DNA of 64,000 nucleotides from an uncultured Eudoraea sp. (GTDB taxonomy: Bacteria > Bacteroidota > Bacteroidia > Flavobacteriales > Flavobacteriaceae). Positions 40,301-49,654 of the stretch are shown piece after piece. Numbering within the stretch: position 1 is the first letter of the stretch; each line of letters starts with the position of its first letter. Under the pieces are notes generated by a model, which worked only from the letters and a program-made list of their open reading frames with translations, had not been told where the DNA came from and made no database searches. Both the position numbers and the translations under genes were made by a program. Location of the stretch: NCBI GenBank assembly GCA_965363995.1, contig CBDTVZ010000001.1:10928-74927 (forward strand), read 5' to 3'.

Positions 40301-40412
40301 GTAAAGGACCATTTTCATCAAAAACTGTACCCGATATTTCCTGCGCTTTTGCAAGACCGAAGCTTAAAATAGCTCCAACCAATAAAAAGCTCTTTAGTAG
40401 CGTAATCTTCAT
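37311..40412 (-). CDS. susC: SusC/RagA TonB-dependent transporter
   Basis: LPGASVVVKGT, LDEVVIIGYG, ILKDASATAIYGSRGANGV, NPDLKWE, terminal F. Confidence 0.96.
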   Translation of the reverse strand: MKITLLKSFLLVGAILSFGLAKAQEISGTVFDENGPLPGASVVVKGTTNGTQTDFDGNFTLNNVESDAVLVVSYIGYSTQEVDVNERTNVDIILREDAQALDEVVIIGYGTTTVKDATGAVSAIKSEDFNGGIIASPEQLIQGKTSGVQISQASGEPGAGVQIRIRGANSIRSNNSPLFVVDGIPLSAESTTPGGGDVQGGENASKNPLNFINPADIESISILKDASATAIYGSRGANGVVIVTTKTGKSGQGGTWEFDQTLSFATPRENFDLYDGPAFLAKQAELRSQAIADGLDYGANTDWQKVITRTSASPVSNLSYSNNYGSGNIRATFGYGKQFGVLQNSSQERITGRVNVNQRFVDDRLKFSLQASLSRVNDEAPPVSGASGASGNVIGAAYAANPTWPDDPSFQIPGNQLNPANYLANFQQKTNTDRFLINLSAGYDILVDRNGNDLNAKVAVGYDRSDANVRATFAPAINNLDRVSGNGQSSYNTLEASSKLLEATVNWKKGWTNSNLDVIVGFTYQDFRRQGINSQGWGSSNPYLDQMGRDLKETIRSAAASISGSFQQFGYDPNGSFVNSLIPFDDAGVLSPDITKRYVSAWGNTFDNTDELQSYFARANYTLHNKYLFTATFRADGSSKFSPDNQYGYFPSGAFAWKVNEEDFIGDKISTLKLRLSGGITGNQDGLGYAQYVKRQRFADPSINNDGSINRPGLETIAVQNPDLKWEQTLDYNVGFDFGINFDRFTASLDLYRKETTDLLFKQAAAAPAFDPFVFKNLSDGKLINQGVELALGYDFIQNDKITFSGAFNISYNDNKVSGLNGTTADLSPIRGPGLSNAFAQRLGEGISIFSYYMATYSEDASGNPDFNPDVKDFVGEDAVPDVTSGLTLNLKADRWDANIFFAGQFGFSIYNNTRNAFLNRPTFLTSRNVDPTGIDLLTQEVSTLYLEKGDFVRLQNATVGYTVPLSEEGTFKNLRFSLTGQNLLLFTGYSGLDPEVNANTGDIGGSGIPSQGIDYTTFPRPLTVTLGINAKF

Positions 40413-40500
40413 AAAAAGTTAATTTTGAGTTTAGTTAATTATTTGTGCCAAAGGTTAAACCTATGTAAAAAATATGTTAATATCTTACTCTTATTAATAC

Positions 40501-40533
40501 TTATTAACTACGAAAACGGTTTCGTGTTAATAA
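40501..40533. promoter_or_regulatory. LacI-family operator-like palindrome in the divergent susC/lacI region
   Basis: TTATTAAC-T-ACGAAAAC|GGTTTCGT-GTTAATAA; 16-bp core with central CG and one mismatch. Confidence 0.7.
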
Positions 40534-40766
40534 CTTTTGTAAAGTGTGATTCTGATAATATAGGGTTGGCAAAATTATATTATCCTTTTTTTATTGGTTC
40601 AATCTTTGTTAAAAACGTAGCAAATATAATATTTTTTATTCTATAGTCTTATAAAGATATTATTTTATATGGTTATTAGCATTTTCATATGTTAAAAAAA
40701 GAATACATTTATAGGATGTCTAGTTTTAGTTGTTTTAACATTTGGGCCACTTTTATTCTTTAAGAA

Positions 40767-41798
40767 TTGAAAAAAAAGATTACTCTTAAACAAATTGCCA
40801 GGGAATTGGAAGTATCGATTTCAACAGTATCAAAGGCGCTAAAAAATAGTCGGGAAATAAGCCGGGACACAACGGAAAAAATTCAGGCCTTTGCTAAGCT
40901 TTACCACTACAAACCTAACAATATTGCTATTAGCCTTAAAAATAGGCGCACCAAAAATATAGGTGTTATCATACCTGATATAGTTCATCACTTTTTTACT
41001 ACTGTTTTTAGAGGGATAGAGCAATTTTCGGATGCCAGGGGATATAATGTGATTGTATGTGTATCGGATGAATCATTCGAGAAAGAAGTTATAAATATGG
41101 AATTATTGGCAAATGGTAGTATTGATGGTTTCATTATGGCCTTATCCGCAGAAACGCAGCTCAAAAATGATTTCCATCATTTGAAGGAAATAATTGATCA
41201 GGGTATGCCCCTGGTCCTTTTTGATAGGATTACAGACGAGGTAATTTGTGACAAGGTTGTTATTAACGACTTTGAAGCTTCCTATATGGCTGTAAAAAAA
41301 CTTATAGACAATGGCAGAAAACGAATAGCACTAGTTACAACAGAAAGTTATTTGAATGTAAGCGAGAAAAGAACTCAAGGCTATTACAAGGCTTTGAAAG
41401 ACCACAAGCTGGAGCTGGATGAAAGTTTAATTTTGCGTTTGCCTTATCAATTCGAAGAAGAAACAAAGAGCGAAGCATTCTTTGCTTCAACTAAGATGGA
41501 TGCAGTCTTATGTGTTAATGAAATTTTTGCGGTTAGATCTATGAGAATAGCACAGAAAAATGGAATAAAAATTCCGGAAGACGTGGCCTTTATTGGTTTT
41601 ACAGATGGGATTCTGTCTAAACTGGCTACGCCTGCACTTACATCGGTTGCGCAACATGGAGAACGAATGGGAGCAATTGCTGCCAGAATGCTTATTGAGA
41701 GGATAGAGAGAGATGATGAAAAGGAATTAGAAGAAGAAACTTTTAGGACTGAAGTTATAGAATCTACGCTGATTGAAAGAGAATCAACAATTAATTAA
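40767..41798 (+). CDS. LacI-family transcriptional regulator (MalR-like)
   Basis: ITLKQIARELEVSISTVSKAL HTH, YKPN hinge, sugar-binding domain; TTG start. Confidence 0.94.
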   Translation: MKKKITLKQIARELEVSISTVSKALKNSREISRDTTEKIQAFAKLYHYKPNNIAISLKNRRTKNIGVIIPDIVHHFFTTVFRGIEQFSDARGYNVIVCVSDESFEKEVINMELLANGSIDGFIMALSAETQLKNDFHHLKEIIDQGMPLVLFDRITDEVICDKVVINDFEASYMAVKKLIDNGRKRIALVTTESYLNVSEKRTQGYYKALKDHKLELDESLILRLPYQFEEETKSEAFFASTKMDAVLCVNEIFAVRSMRIAQKNGIKIPEDVAFIGFTDGILSKLATPALTSVAQHGERMGAIAARMLIERIERDDEKELEEETFRTEVIESTLIERESTIN

Positions 41799-41814
41799 TT
41801 ACACATATAGTATT

Positions 41815-42486
41815 ATGAAGAAAACCGGATTCATATTCGATTTAGACGGAGTAATTGTTGATACTGCAAAATACCATTATCTGGCCTGGAAAAATCTGGC
41901 CGATGAACTGGGTATTGATTTTACCGAAGAGGACAATGAGAAATTCAAAGGGGTTAGCCGTATAAGATGTCTCGAACTTTTATTGGAAATGGGGAATATC
42001 TCCGTTACAAAAGAACAGTTCGACCTATGGTTACAGGAAAAAAATGAGGACTATCTGAAATATATTTCCAAAATGGACGAAAGTGAAATACTTCCCGATG
42101 TGACCAAAGTGCTGGGATACCTTAAAGAGAAAGGAATTCCAATGGCACTTGGTTCTGCAAGTAAAAATGCTGTTTCAATTTTGAAAAAGGTTGCGTTAAT
42201 GCCCTATTTTGATGCTATTGTAGATGGTACTCAGGTAAGCAAAGCTAAACCGGATCCGGAGGTTTTTTTGATAGCCGCAAAAAAATTAGGCGTAGAACCA
42301 GTAAATTGCGTGGTTTTTGAGGATGCACTTGCCGGAATAGAGGCTGCCAATGCCGCCGGAATGGAGAGTATAGGAATTGGAGATGTGAAAATTTTGTCTG
42401 ATGCCAACTACGGTTTTAATAACTTCACTGAAATAGATCTTGAGTTTTTAAATGACCTGATTTTAGTACTAATGAACAAAAATTAG
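41815..42486 (+). CDS. pgmB: Beta-phosphoglucomutase
   Basis: Start MKKTGFIFDLDGVIVDTA; GSASKNA, KPDPEVF, FEDA; next to GH65. Confidence 0.93.
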   Translation: MKKTGFIFDLDGVIVDTAKYHYLAWKNLADELGIDFTEEDNEKFKGVSRIRCLELLLEMGNISVTKEQFDLWLQEKNEDYLKYISKMDESEILPDVTKVLGYLKEKGIPMALGSASKNAVSILKKVALMPYFDAIVDGTQVSKAKPDPEVFLIAAKKLGVEPVNCVVFEDALAGIEAANAAGMESIGIGDVKILSDANYGFNNFTEIDLEFLNDLILVLMNKN

Positions 42487-42561
42487 GGTATATATCCTGC
42501 AAATTATACTTATTTGCCTATTTTAATCATTTCTTAGATACAGATTATAACACCTTAGAAT

Positions 42562-44877
42562 ATGAATAAAGAATATATCATAGCAGACGAATGGTCAATA
42601 ATTGAAGAAGGATTTAATAAGGACAACGTAAAATCTTCTGAGAGCCTCTTTAGTATTGGAAATGGTGCCATGGGGCAGCGTGCAAATTTTGAGGAACAGT
42701 ACTCTGGTCCCACTTTCCAAGGGAGCTATATTGCAGGGGTTTACTACCCGGATAAAACCAGGGTAGGTTGGTGGAAGAATGGTTACCCCGAATATTTTGC
42801 CAAAGTCTTAAATGCACCTAACTGGATTGGGATCAACATCTTTGTTGATGAAGAGCCTTTAGATCTGAATACTTGTACTAATATTAGCAGTTTCAGGCGA
42901 GAACTCAATATGAAGGGGGGTTGGTATAAAAGAAACTTCACGGCTACTTTACCCAATACTATTACAGTTGATGTTGAAGTAGTTCGGTTTTTAAGCCTGG
43001 ATATTGATGAAGTAGGGGCCATAAAGTATAAAATTACACCAGTAGATAGAAATGCGTCTATTCGCTTTGTTCCCTATTTGGATAGTGGTATTACCAATGA
43101 GGACAGCAATTGGGACGATAAATTCTGGAACGTTACTAAAGTTAGTTCAGAAGGAGAACAGGCCTTTATAGAAGCTCATACCATGAAAACTCATTTTGAG
43201 GTTTGTACTTTTATGGAATGCCAATTAACTGCTAATGGAACTGAAGTACCTGTTGATGTTTCCGAAGAAATCAAAGAATTATCTGTTGGACATGAATATA
43301 TTCATACGGCAAAACAGGGTGAAGAAGTCACTTTTTATAAATATGGAGGTTATACTGTTTCCAGGGATCATCAGCCGGATGAATTGGTGAATGCCGCAAA
43401 AAAGACCCTTAAATCTGCTACTTCTATTGGGTTTGATAAATTATTGGAAAAACAAATATCCACCTGGGCTAAAATTTGGGAGATGAGCGACATAAACATT
43501 CAGGGTGATGTAAAAGCTCAGCAAGGCATTAGATTTAATATATTTCACTTGAATCAAACTTATTTAGGTACGGATTCCAGACTAAATATCGGCCCAAAAG
43601 GATTTACCGGAGAGAAGTATGGAGGCAGTACCTATTGGGATACTGAAGCCTATTGTATTCCTTTTTATATGGCAACCAAAGATCATCTTGTGGCCAGGAA
43701 TCTACTGCAGTATAGATATAATCACCTGGAAAAGGCCATTGAGAATGCCCAGAAATTAGGTTTTGTTAATGGAGCAGCCTTATACCCTATGGTAACAATG
43801 AACGGGGAAGAATGCCATAATGAATGGGAGATTACTTTTGAAGAAATCCACCGTAATGGTGCAATTGCATTTGCCATATACAACTATTACCGATTTACAG
43901 GAGACTATTCATATATTCCTGATATGGGTCTCGAAGTATTAATAGGTATTTCTCGTTTCTGGGGACAAAGGGCTACATTTTCCAAAGACAAAAACAAGTT
44001 TGTAATACTTGGGGTGACAGGGCCCAACGAATACGAAAACAACGTCAATAATAATTGGTATACGAATTATCTTGCAAAATGGTGTATGGAATATACACTG
44101 GAACAGCTGCAAAAGGTAAAAGAAGGGTATAAAGAAGACTATACCAGGATCATTGGACGCACTTCACTCACTGAAACAGAAACCGATAAGTGGGAAGAGA
44201 TTGCACAAAATTTGCACTTTCCCTTTTCAGACGAATTGCAAATTTACCTTCAACAAGATGGATTCCTGGACAAAGAACTTATCACAGTCGAAGATCTGGA
44301 TGTTTCCCAAAGACCAATTAATCAAAAATGGAGCTGGGACAGGATTTTACGTTCACCATATATAAAACAAGCAGATACCTTACAAGGGTTTTATTTATTT
44401 GAAGACAATTTCAGCGTAGAAGAACTTGAAAGGCATTTTGATTTCTATGAACCGTTTACGGTCCATGAATCGTCTTTGTCACCATGCGTACATAGCATTC
44501 AGGCAGCGAAATTAGGCAGGATGGAGCAGGCATACCAGTTTTATTTACGTACTTCAAGACTGGATCTGGATGATTATAACAAAGAGGTTGAAGAAGGGTT
44601 ACATATCACTTCAATGGCAGGAACATGGATGAGTATTGTAGAGGGGTTTGGAGGTATGCGGATGAAAGATGATAAACTGTCTTTTGCACCTAAAATTCCG
44701 AAACAATGGAAATCGTATTCATTTAAAGTAAATTTCAGAAATCGTATTATTAAGGTTAATGTTACAGAACATCAGACAAGTTTTGAACACGATGGGACTG
44801 CTGAGATGACTATAAGGGTAAATGACAAAAGGGTTCTGTTAAATCCATCTCAGGAAACTATTGAACCAAATACCTAA
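42562..44877 (+). CDS. GH65 maltose phosphorylase
   Basis: ESLFSIGNG, GPKGFTGEKYGG..YWDTE, catalytic GPNEY, KQAD, HESSLS. Confidence 0.93.
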   Translation: MNKEYIIADEWSIIEEGFNKDNVKSSESLFSIGNGAMGQRANFEEQYSGPTFQGSYIAGVYYPDKTRVGWWKNGYPEYFAKVLNAPNWIGINIFVDEEPLDLNTCTNISSFRRELNMKGGWYKRNFTATLPNTITVDVEVVRFLSLDIDEVGAIKYKITPVDRNASIRFVPYLDSGITNEDSNWDDKFWNVTKVSSEGEQAFIEAHTMKTHFEVCTFMECQLTANGTEVPVDVSEEIKELSVGHEYIHTAKQGEEVTFYKYGGYTVSRDHQPDELVNAAKKTLKSATSIGFDKLLEKQISTWAKIWEMSDINIQGDVKAQQGIRFNIFHLNQTYLGTDSRLNIGPKGFTGEKYGGSTYWDTEAYCIPFYMATKDHLVARNLLQYRYNHLEKAIENAQKLGFVNGAALYPMVTMNGEECHNEWEITFEEIHRNGAIAFAIYNYYRFTGDYSYIPDMGLEVLIGISRFWGQRATFSKDKNKFVILGVTGPNEYENNVNNNWYTNYLAKWCMEYTLEQLQKVKEGYKEDYTRIIGRTSLTETETDKWEEIAQNLHFPFSDELQIYLQQDGFLDKELITVEDLDVSQRPINQKWSWDRILRSPYIKQADTLQGFYLFEDNFSVEELERHFDFYEPFTVHESSLSPCVHSIQAAKLGRMEQAYQFYLRTSRLDLDDYNKEVEEGLHITSMAGTWMSIVEGFGGMRMKDDKLSFAPKIPKQWKSYSFKVNFRNRIIKVNVTEHQTSFEHDGTAEMTIRVNDKRVLLNPSQETIEPNT

Positions 44878-44949
44878 AAGATCCGGATTGATCATTTTTT
44901 ACCTTAATGAATAATATTACTCAGATTGTATATGGCAAGAAATTAACCC

Positions 44950-46839
44950 ATGATGAAAATTGGATGGTTAGTAAAATCAATTGTTTTAACTGGAATGCTC
45001 TTTTTGATGGTATCTTTTTCATCTGCTCAGATAGATAGGGTTGAGCCTCCTAATTGGTGGCTTGGGTTCAAGAATGCCAGATTACAGCTAATGTTAAAAG
45101 GTAAGGGAATTGGAGCAACCACCCCGTCAATTCTATATAATGGAGTTAGCCTGGAAGCCTACCACAAGGCTGAAAGCCCTAATTATTTATTCTTGGATAT
45201 TACTATTGGTGCAGATACTTCGCCCGGTCTAATGCAAATTTTGCTCACTACTGAAGGTGGAAATGAAATCTACTATTCATATCCTTTGAATAAAAGGGAA
45301 AGACAATCTGAGGAATTTTTGGGTTTTGATTCTTCAGATGTAATCTATTTAATTACTCCGGACCGTTTTGCCAATGGTGACCCTGAAATAAATATTGTCC
45401 CTGGACTTCTTGAAAAAACGATCAACAGGAAAGATGATTATGCTCGTCACGGAGGGGACATTCAAGGAATTATTAATCATTTAGACTATATAGCTTCTAT
45501 GGGGTTTACTGCCATATGGCCCACTCCTTTATTGATTAACGATATGCCGCAGTCTTCTTACCATGGCTATGCAATGACTGATTTTTACAAGGTAGATCCA
45601 CGCTTCGGAAATCTGAAGGACTATATTATGCTCTCAGAGAAAGCAACGGAAAATGGAATAAAATTAATCATGGACCAGGTTGCCAATCATTGCGGAGCTA
45701 ATCATTGGTGGATGTCAGATTTACCGTTTCAGGATTGGGTAAATTTTCAATCTGATTATGAGGAAGGAGCAGAAGTGAAGGTTACGAACCACCGACGAAC
45801 GGTAAATCAGGATCTTTACGCTTCAAAAGCCGATAAAGATCTAATGAATAATGGATGGTTTGTACCCTCAATGCCGGATTTAAACCAAAATAATCCTTTT
45901 ATGGCCAACTATATTATTCAGAATAGTATTTGGTGGATAGAGACTTTGAAACTAGGGGGTATCAGGCAGGATACCTATCCTTATCCCGATAAGGAATTTA
46001 TGTCCAGATGGGCCGGTAGTATAATGCACGAATATCCAAATTTCAATATAGTTGGAGAGGAATGGACTTATAACCCACTTTTGGTTCGCTATTGGCAACA
46101 GGGAGTAACCAATTCTGATGGTTACGAATCTAACCTAAAAACAACAATGGATTTTCCATTACAGCGTACATTAATTGAAGCACTAAATGAGGAAGAGAAT
46201 TCGGATTCCGGATTGGTAAAATTGTATGAAGGACTTGCCAATGATTTTGCATATCACGATCCTTCTTCGATTTTATTTTTTGGAGATAATCATGACATGG
46301 ATCGTCTTTTTACGCAGTTGAATGAAGATTTTATTAAAACCAAAATGGCACTGGCATTTATAATCTTCGCTCCCCGCATACCTCAAATTTATTATGGAAC
46401 TGAAGTTTTACTCAGTAATAGTAATAATCCCGGAGACGATGGTCTTATCAGGTCTGATTTTCCGGGGGGATGGGAAAACGACAGTGTCAACGCTTTTATA
46501 GGTGAGGGCCTTAAAAGAGCAGAGAAAAAAATGCAGGAGTTTACAAGAAAATTACTGAACTATCGAAAAGGAAGTACGGCAATTCATATGGGCAAAACCA
46601 CTCATTTTGCTCCAAAGGATGGGGTTTATGTCATTTTTAGGCAGAATGAGCATGAAAAAGTTATGCTGATACTAAATAAAAACGAGAAACCATATACCTT
46701 AAACCTGGAGCGTTTTAATGAAATGAATCTTATTGGTAATAGATTTAAAAATATACTTACCTCTGAAGAAGTTATATTGAAAAACGATTTGCAATTAAAA
46801 GATAACGGAGTACTAATATTCAGCAAAAAATCTAATTAA
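44950..46839 (+). CDS. GH13 neopullulanase/cyclomaltodextrinase (SusA-like)
   Basis: RVEPPNWW N-terminal domain; GIRQDTYPY, GEEW, NHDMDR catalytic regions. Confidence 0.9.
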   Translation: MMKIGWLVKSIVLTGMLFLMVSFSSAQIDRVEPPNWWLGFKNARLQLMLKGKGIGATTPSILYNGVSLEAYHKAESPNYLFLDITIGADTSPGLMQILLTTEGGNEIYYSYPLNKRERQSEEFLGFDSSDVIYLITPDRFANGDPEINIVPGLLEKTINRKDDYARHGGDIQGIINHLDYIASMGFTAIWPTPLLINDMPQSSYHGYAMTDFYKVDPRFGNLKDYIMLSEKATENGIKLIMDQVANHCGANHWWMSDLPFQDWVNFQSDYEEGAEVKVTNHRRTVNQDLYASKADKDLMNNGWFVPSMPDLNQNNPFMANYIIQNSIWWIETLKLGGIRQDTYPYPDKEFMSRWAGSIMHEYPNFNIVGEEWTYNPLLVRYWQQGVTNSDGYESNLKTTMDFPLQRTLIEALNEEENSDSGLVKLYEGLANDFAYHDPSSILFFGDNHDMDRLFTQLNEDFIKTKMALAFIIFAPRIPQIYYGTEVLLSNSNNPGDDGLIRSDFPGGWENDSVNAFIGEGLKRAEKKMQEFTRKLLNYRKGSTAIHMGKTTHFAPKDGVYVIFRQNEHEKVMLILNKNEKPYTLNLERFNEMNLIGNRFKNILTSEEVILKNDLQLKDNGVLIFSKKSN

Positions 46840-46840
46840 C

Positions 46841-48721
46841 ATGCAAAGGATCGTATTGGTTATATTAAGTTGCTTTGTTTTCATATTAGGGTGTGCTGAG
46901 GAAAAAGAACGGATAAATATTAAAAAAATGAAGAGCTTAAATCCATCAAATAAAAAAGTAGTTTATCAGGTATTTCCACGCTTATTTGGCAATACAAACA
47001 CTACAAATAAACCATGGGGGACTATCCAGGAAAATGGGGTTGGTAAATTTTCTGATTTTACAGATAAGGCTTTACTGGAGATCAAAGATCTTGGAATAAC
47101 TCATATATGGTATACCGGGGTGCCCCATCATGCGGTGGTGACAGATTATACCACATACAATATTACCAATGATGACCCTGATGTCGTGAAGGGCAGAGCG
47201 GGATCTCCCTATGCAGTTAAAGATTATTACAACGTTAATCCTGACCTGGCAGATGACCCCATTAATAGATTGGAGGAATTTAAATCCTTGATAGAGCGAA
47301 CACACAAAGCCGGTTTAAAACTATTAATAGACATAGTTCCGAATCATGTTGCGCGAAAATATGAAGGTGGGTCAACACCGAAGGGAAAAGAGCCATTTGG
47401 GGCAAAGGACGATACTACAATGGAATACCAAAAGGATAATAATTATTATTATATAACGGAAGAATCCTTTAAAGTACCGGCATGGCAAAACGGTTACTTA
47501 CCTCTGGGAGGTGAAAAACACCCATTGGCAGATGGCAAATTTGATGAAAATCCTGCAAAATGGACAGGAAATGGTTCGCGTCTGGCTCAACCGAACATGA
47601 ACGATTGGTATGAAACTGTGAAGATTAATTATGGGGTTCGGCCGGATGGCTCGTATGATTTTGAAACCTTACCTGAAGAATATACTCAAAAGGATTATAA
47701 AGCTCACTATGCATATTGGTCTGATAAGGAGATCCCGGATTCATGGATAAAGTTTAAAGATATTGCCTTGTATTGGCTGGAGATGGGTGTGGATGGATTC
47801 CGTTTTGATATGGCTGAAATGGTACCTGTGGAATTCTGGAGCTATTTGAACTCCAATATTAAAATGAAAAATCCGGATGCTTTTCTTGTGGCTGAGGTTT
47901 ATAATCCGGATTTATACCGCACTTATATTCATAAAGGCAAAATGGATTACTTATATGACAAGGTCGAATTCTACGATAGTCTTAAGCACATCATGCAGGG
48001 TCATGGATGGACAGACCATATACCCATAGTGCAAAAAGGAATGCAGGATATTGAACATCAGATGTTGCATTTTCTTGAGAATCACGATGAACAAAGAATT
48101 GCGAGTCCGGATTTTGCAGGTAGTGCAGAAAAGGGTAAACCCGCTATGGTAGTATCAGCCACTATAAGTACTTCACCAACTATGATCTATTTTGGTCAGG
48201 AAGTAGGGGAACCGGGAAGAGAGCAGGCGGGCTTTGGCAGTCCCACCCGAACATCCATATTCGATTATATTGGAGTTCCTCATCATCAGAGGTGGTTAAA
48301 CAATAAAAAGTTTGATGGAGGTGAATTACTGCCTGAAGAAAAATCACTCCGGGACTTTTACAAACGGTTACTAAATTTTACAATTGGAAGTGAGGCATTA
48401 ATGGGCAAGTACGCTGATATACATTATTACAACAAAGAGCATACTGAGAATTATAACTATAGGGTACTTTCATTTGTGAGATGGTCTGAAAACGAGAAGC
48501 TTGTTATCATTGCTAATTTTGATGCAGACCAATCCTATTCTTTTGAATTAAAAATCCCACAGGAAATAATTGGGGAATGGGAATTGAAAGCAGGCTCGTA
48601 TAAGATGACGGAAGCCCTCTATGGTAAAACAAAACAAGTGCTAAATGTTAGTGATGGAATAGGTAGATTAACTGTGGAGATTGATCCATTAGAATCTTTT
48701 ATATTTAAACTTTCCGATTAA
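46841..48721 (+). CDS. GH13 alpha-amylase-family lipoprotein
   Basis: Lipobox ILGC; DIVPNH, GFRFDMAEMV, AEVY, ENHDEQR. Confidence 0.9.
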   Translation: MQRIVLVILSCFVFILGCAEEKERINIKKMKSLNPSNKKVVYQVFPRLFGNTNTTNKPWGTIQENGVGKFSDFTDKALLEIKDLGITHIWYTGVPHHAVVTDYTTYNITNDDPDVVKGRAGSPYAVKDYYNVNPDLADDPINRLEEFKSLIERTHKAGLKLLIDIVPNHVARKYEGGSTPKGKEPFGAKDDTTMEYQKDNNYYYITEESFKVPAWQNGYLPLGGEKHPLADGKFDENPAKWTGNGSRLAQPNMNDWYETVKINYGVRPDGSYDFETLPEEYTQKDYKAHYAYWSDKEIPDSWIKFKDIALYWLEMGVDGFRFDMAEMVPVEFWSYLNSNIKMKNPDAFLVAEVYNPDLYRTYIHKGKMDYLYDKVEFYDSLKHIMQGHGWTDHIPIVQKGMQDIEHQMLHFLENHDEQRIASPDFAGSAEKGKPAMVVSATISTSPTMIYFGQEVGEPGREQAGFGSPTRTSIFDYIGVPHHQRWLNNKKFDGGELLPEEKSLRDFYKRLLNFTIGSEALMGKYADIHYYNKEHTENYNYRVLSFVRWSENEKLVIIANFDADQSYSFELKIPQEIIGEWELKAGSYKMTEALYGKTKQVLNVSDGIGRLTVEIDPLESFIFKLSD

Positions 48722-48907
48722 ATTATTAGAATTGAGGTAAGCCATGGGCCATTGCGGGCTTAAGGCCAAAAACTTGTTAAAATGTCTAGTCAATACGATA
48801 TGGGATTTATCGATATAAAGTTAAATCATCCTATTTTTAATAGACATACATATTTAGATTATTCTACATATCATGTTGTACTTTTGAGCAAATAAAGGTT
48901 CAATTTG

Positions 48908-49654
48908 ATGAGAAGATTTATACCAGTTATACTTATACTTTTTTTTATGAGTTGCAGCGAGAAAAGTAACACCCTATTTACCATAGGGCACAGGGGTGCG
49001 ATGGGACACGAGACAGAAAATACCCTTGCCTCCATTCAGATAGCATTAGATCTGAATGTGGATATGATAGAAATAGATGTTTTTAAAATAAAAAGCGGTG
49101 AAATAGTTGTCTTTCACGACGAGAAAATTGACCGTTTAACAAATGGCAGCGGTGATATTGAAAGTTTGGATTTAGAAGCCCTTAAAAATTTGACCGTTGA
49201 GGGTAATCATAAAATCCCTCTGTTAAGCGAAGTTTTAGATGTAATAAATCATAAAGTGCCCTTGAATATTGAACTAAAAGGACCCGGCACATCTGAAGGT
49301 GTAATTCACATTATCAATACCTATATGGAGAACGAAGGCTGGGGTTTGGAAGATTTTCTGATCTCCAGTTTTAATTGGTTGGAGTTAGAAAACATGCGCA
49401 GTATTAATAAGGATATAGATATTGCGGTTCTAACAGAGGACAATCCTTTGGAGGCCATAAGCATTGCCAATGATCTAAATGCAGTGGCTATAAACCCCAA
49501 TTACCTCAGTTTAACCCAGGAAAATGTTTCAGAAATTAAAAGTCAGGGTTTTAAAATTTTTACCTGGACTGTAAATGATAAAGAGCAAATTTCAAATATG
49601 AGAGAATTGGGTGTTGATGGTATTTTCACTAACTATCCAGAGCGGGTCAACTAA
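48908..49654 (+). CDS. Glycerophosphodiester phosphodiesterase lipoprotein
   Basis: IGHRGA, ENT, IEIDV, VFHD, IELK, WTVN, GIFTNYP. Confidence 0.92.
   Translation: MRRFIPVILILFFMSCSEKSNTLFTIGHRGAMGHETENTLASIQIALDLNVDMIEIDVFKIKSGEIVVFHDEKIDRLTNGSGDIESLDLEALKNLTVEGNHKIPLLSEVLDVINHKVPLNIELKGPGTSEGVIHIINTYMENEGWGLEDFLISSFNWLELENMRSINKDIDIAVLTEDNPLEAISIANDLNAVAINPNYLSLTQENVSEIKSQGFKIFTWTVNDKEQISNMRELGVDGIFTNYPERVN

Noticed and set aside
40425..40646. 73-aa minus-strand ORF upstream of susC
   Set aside because: Spans the AT-rich promoter/operator region; low-complexity translation; no support as a leader peptide
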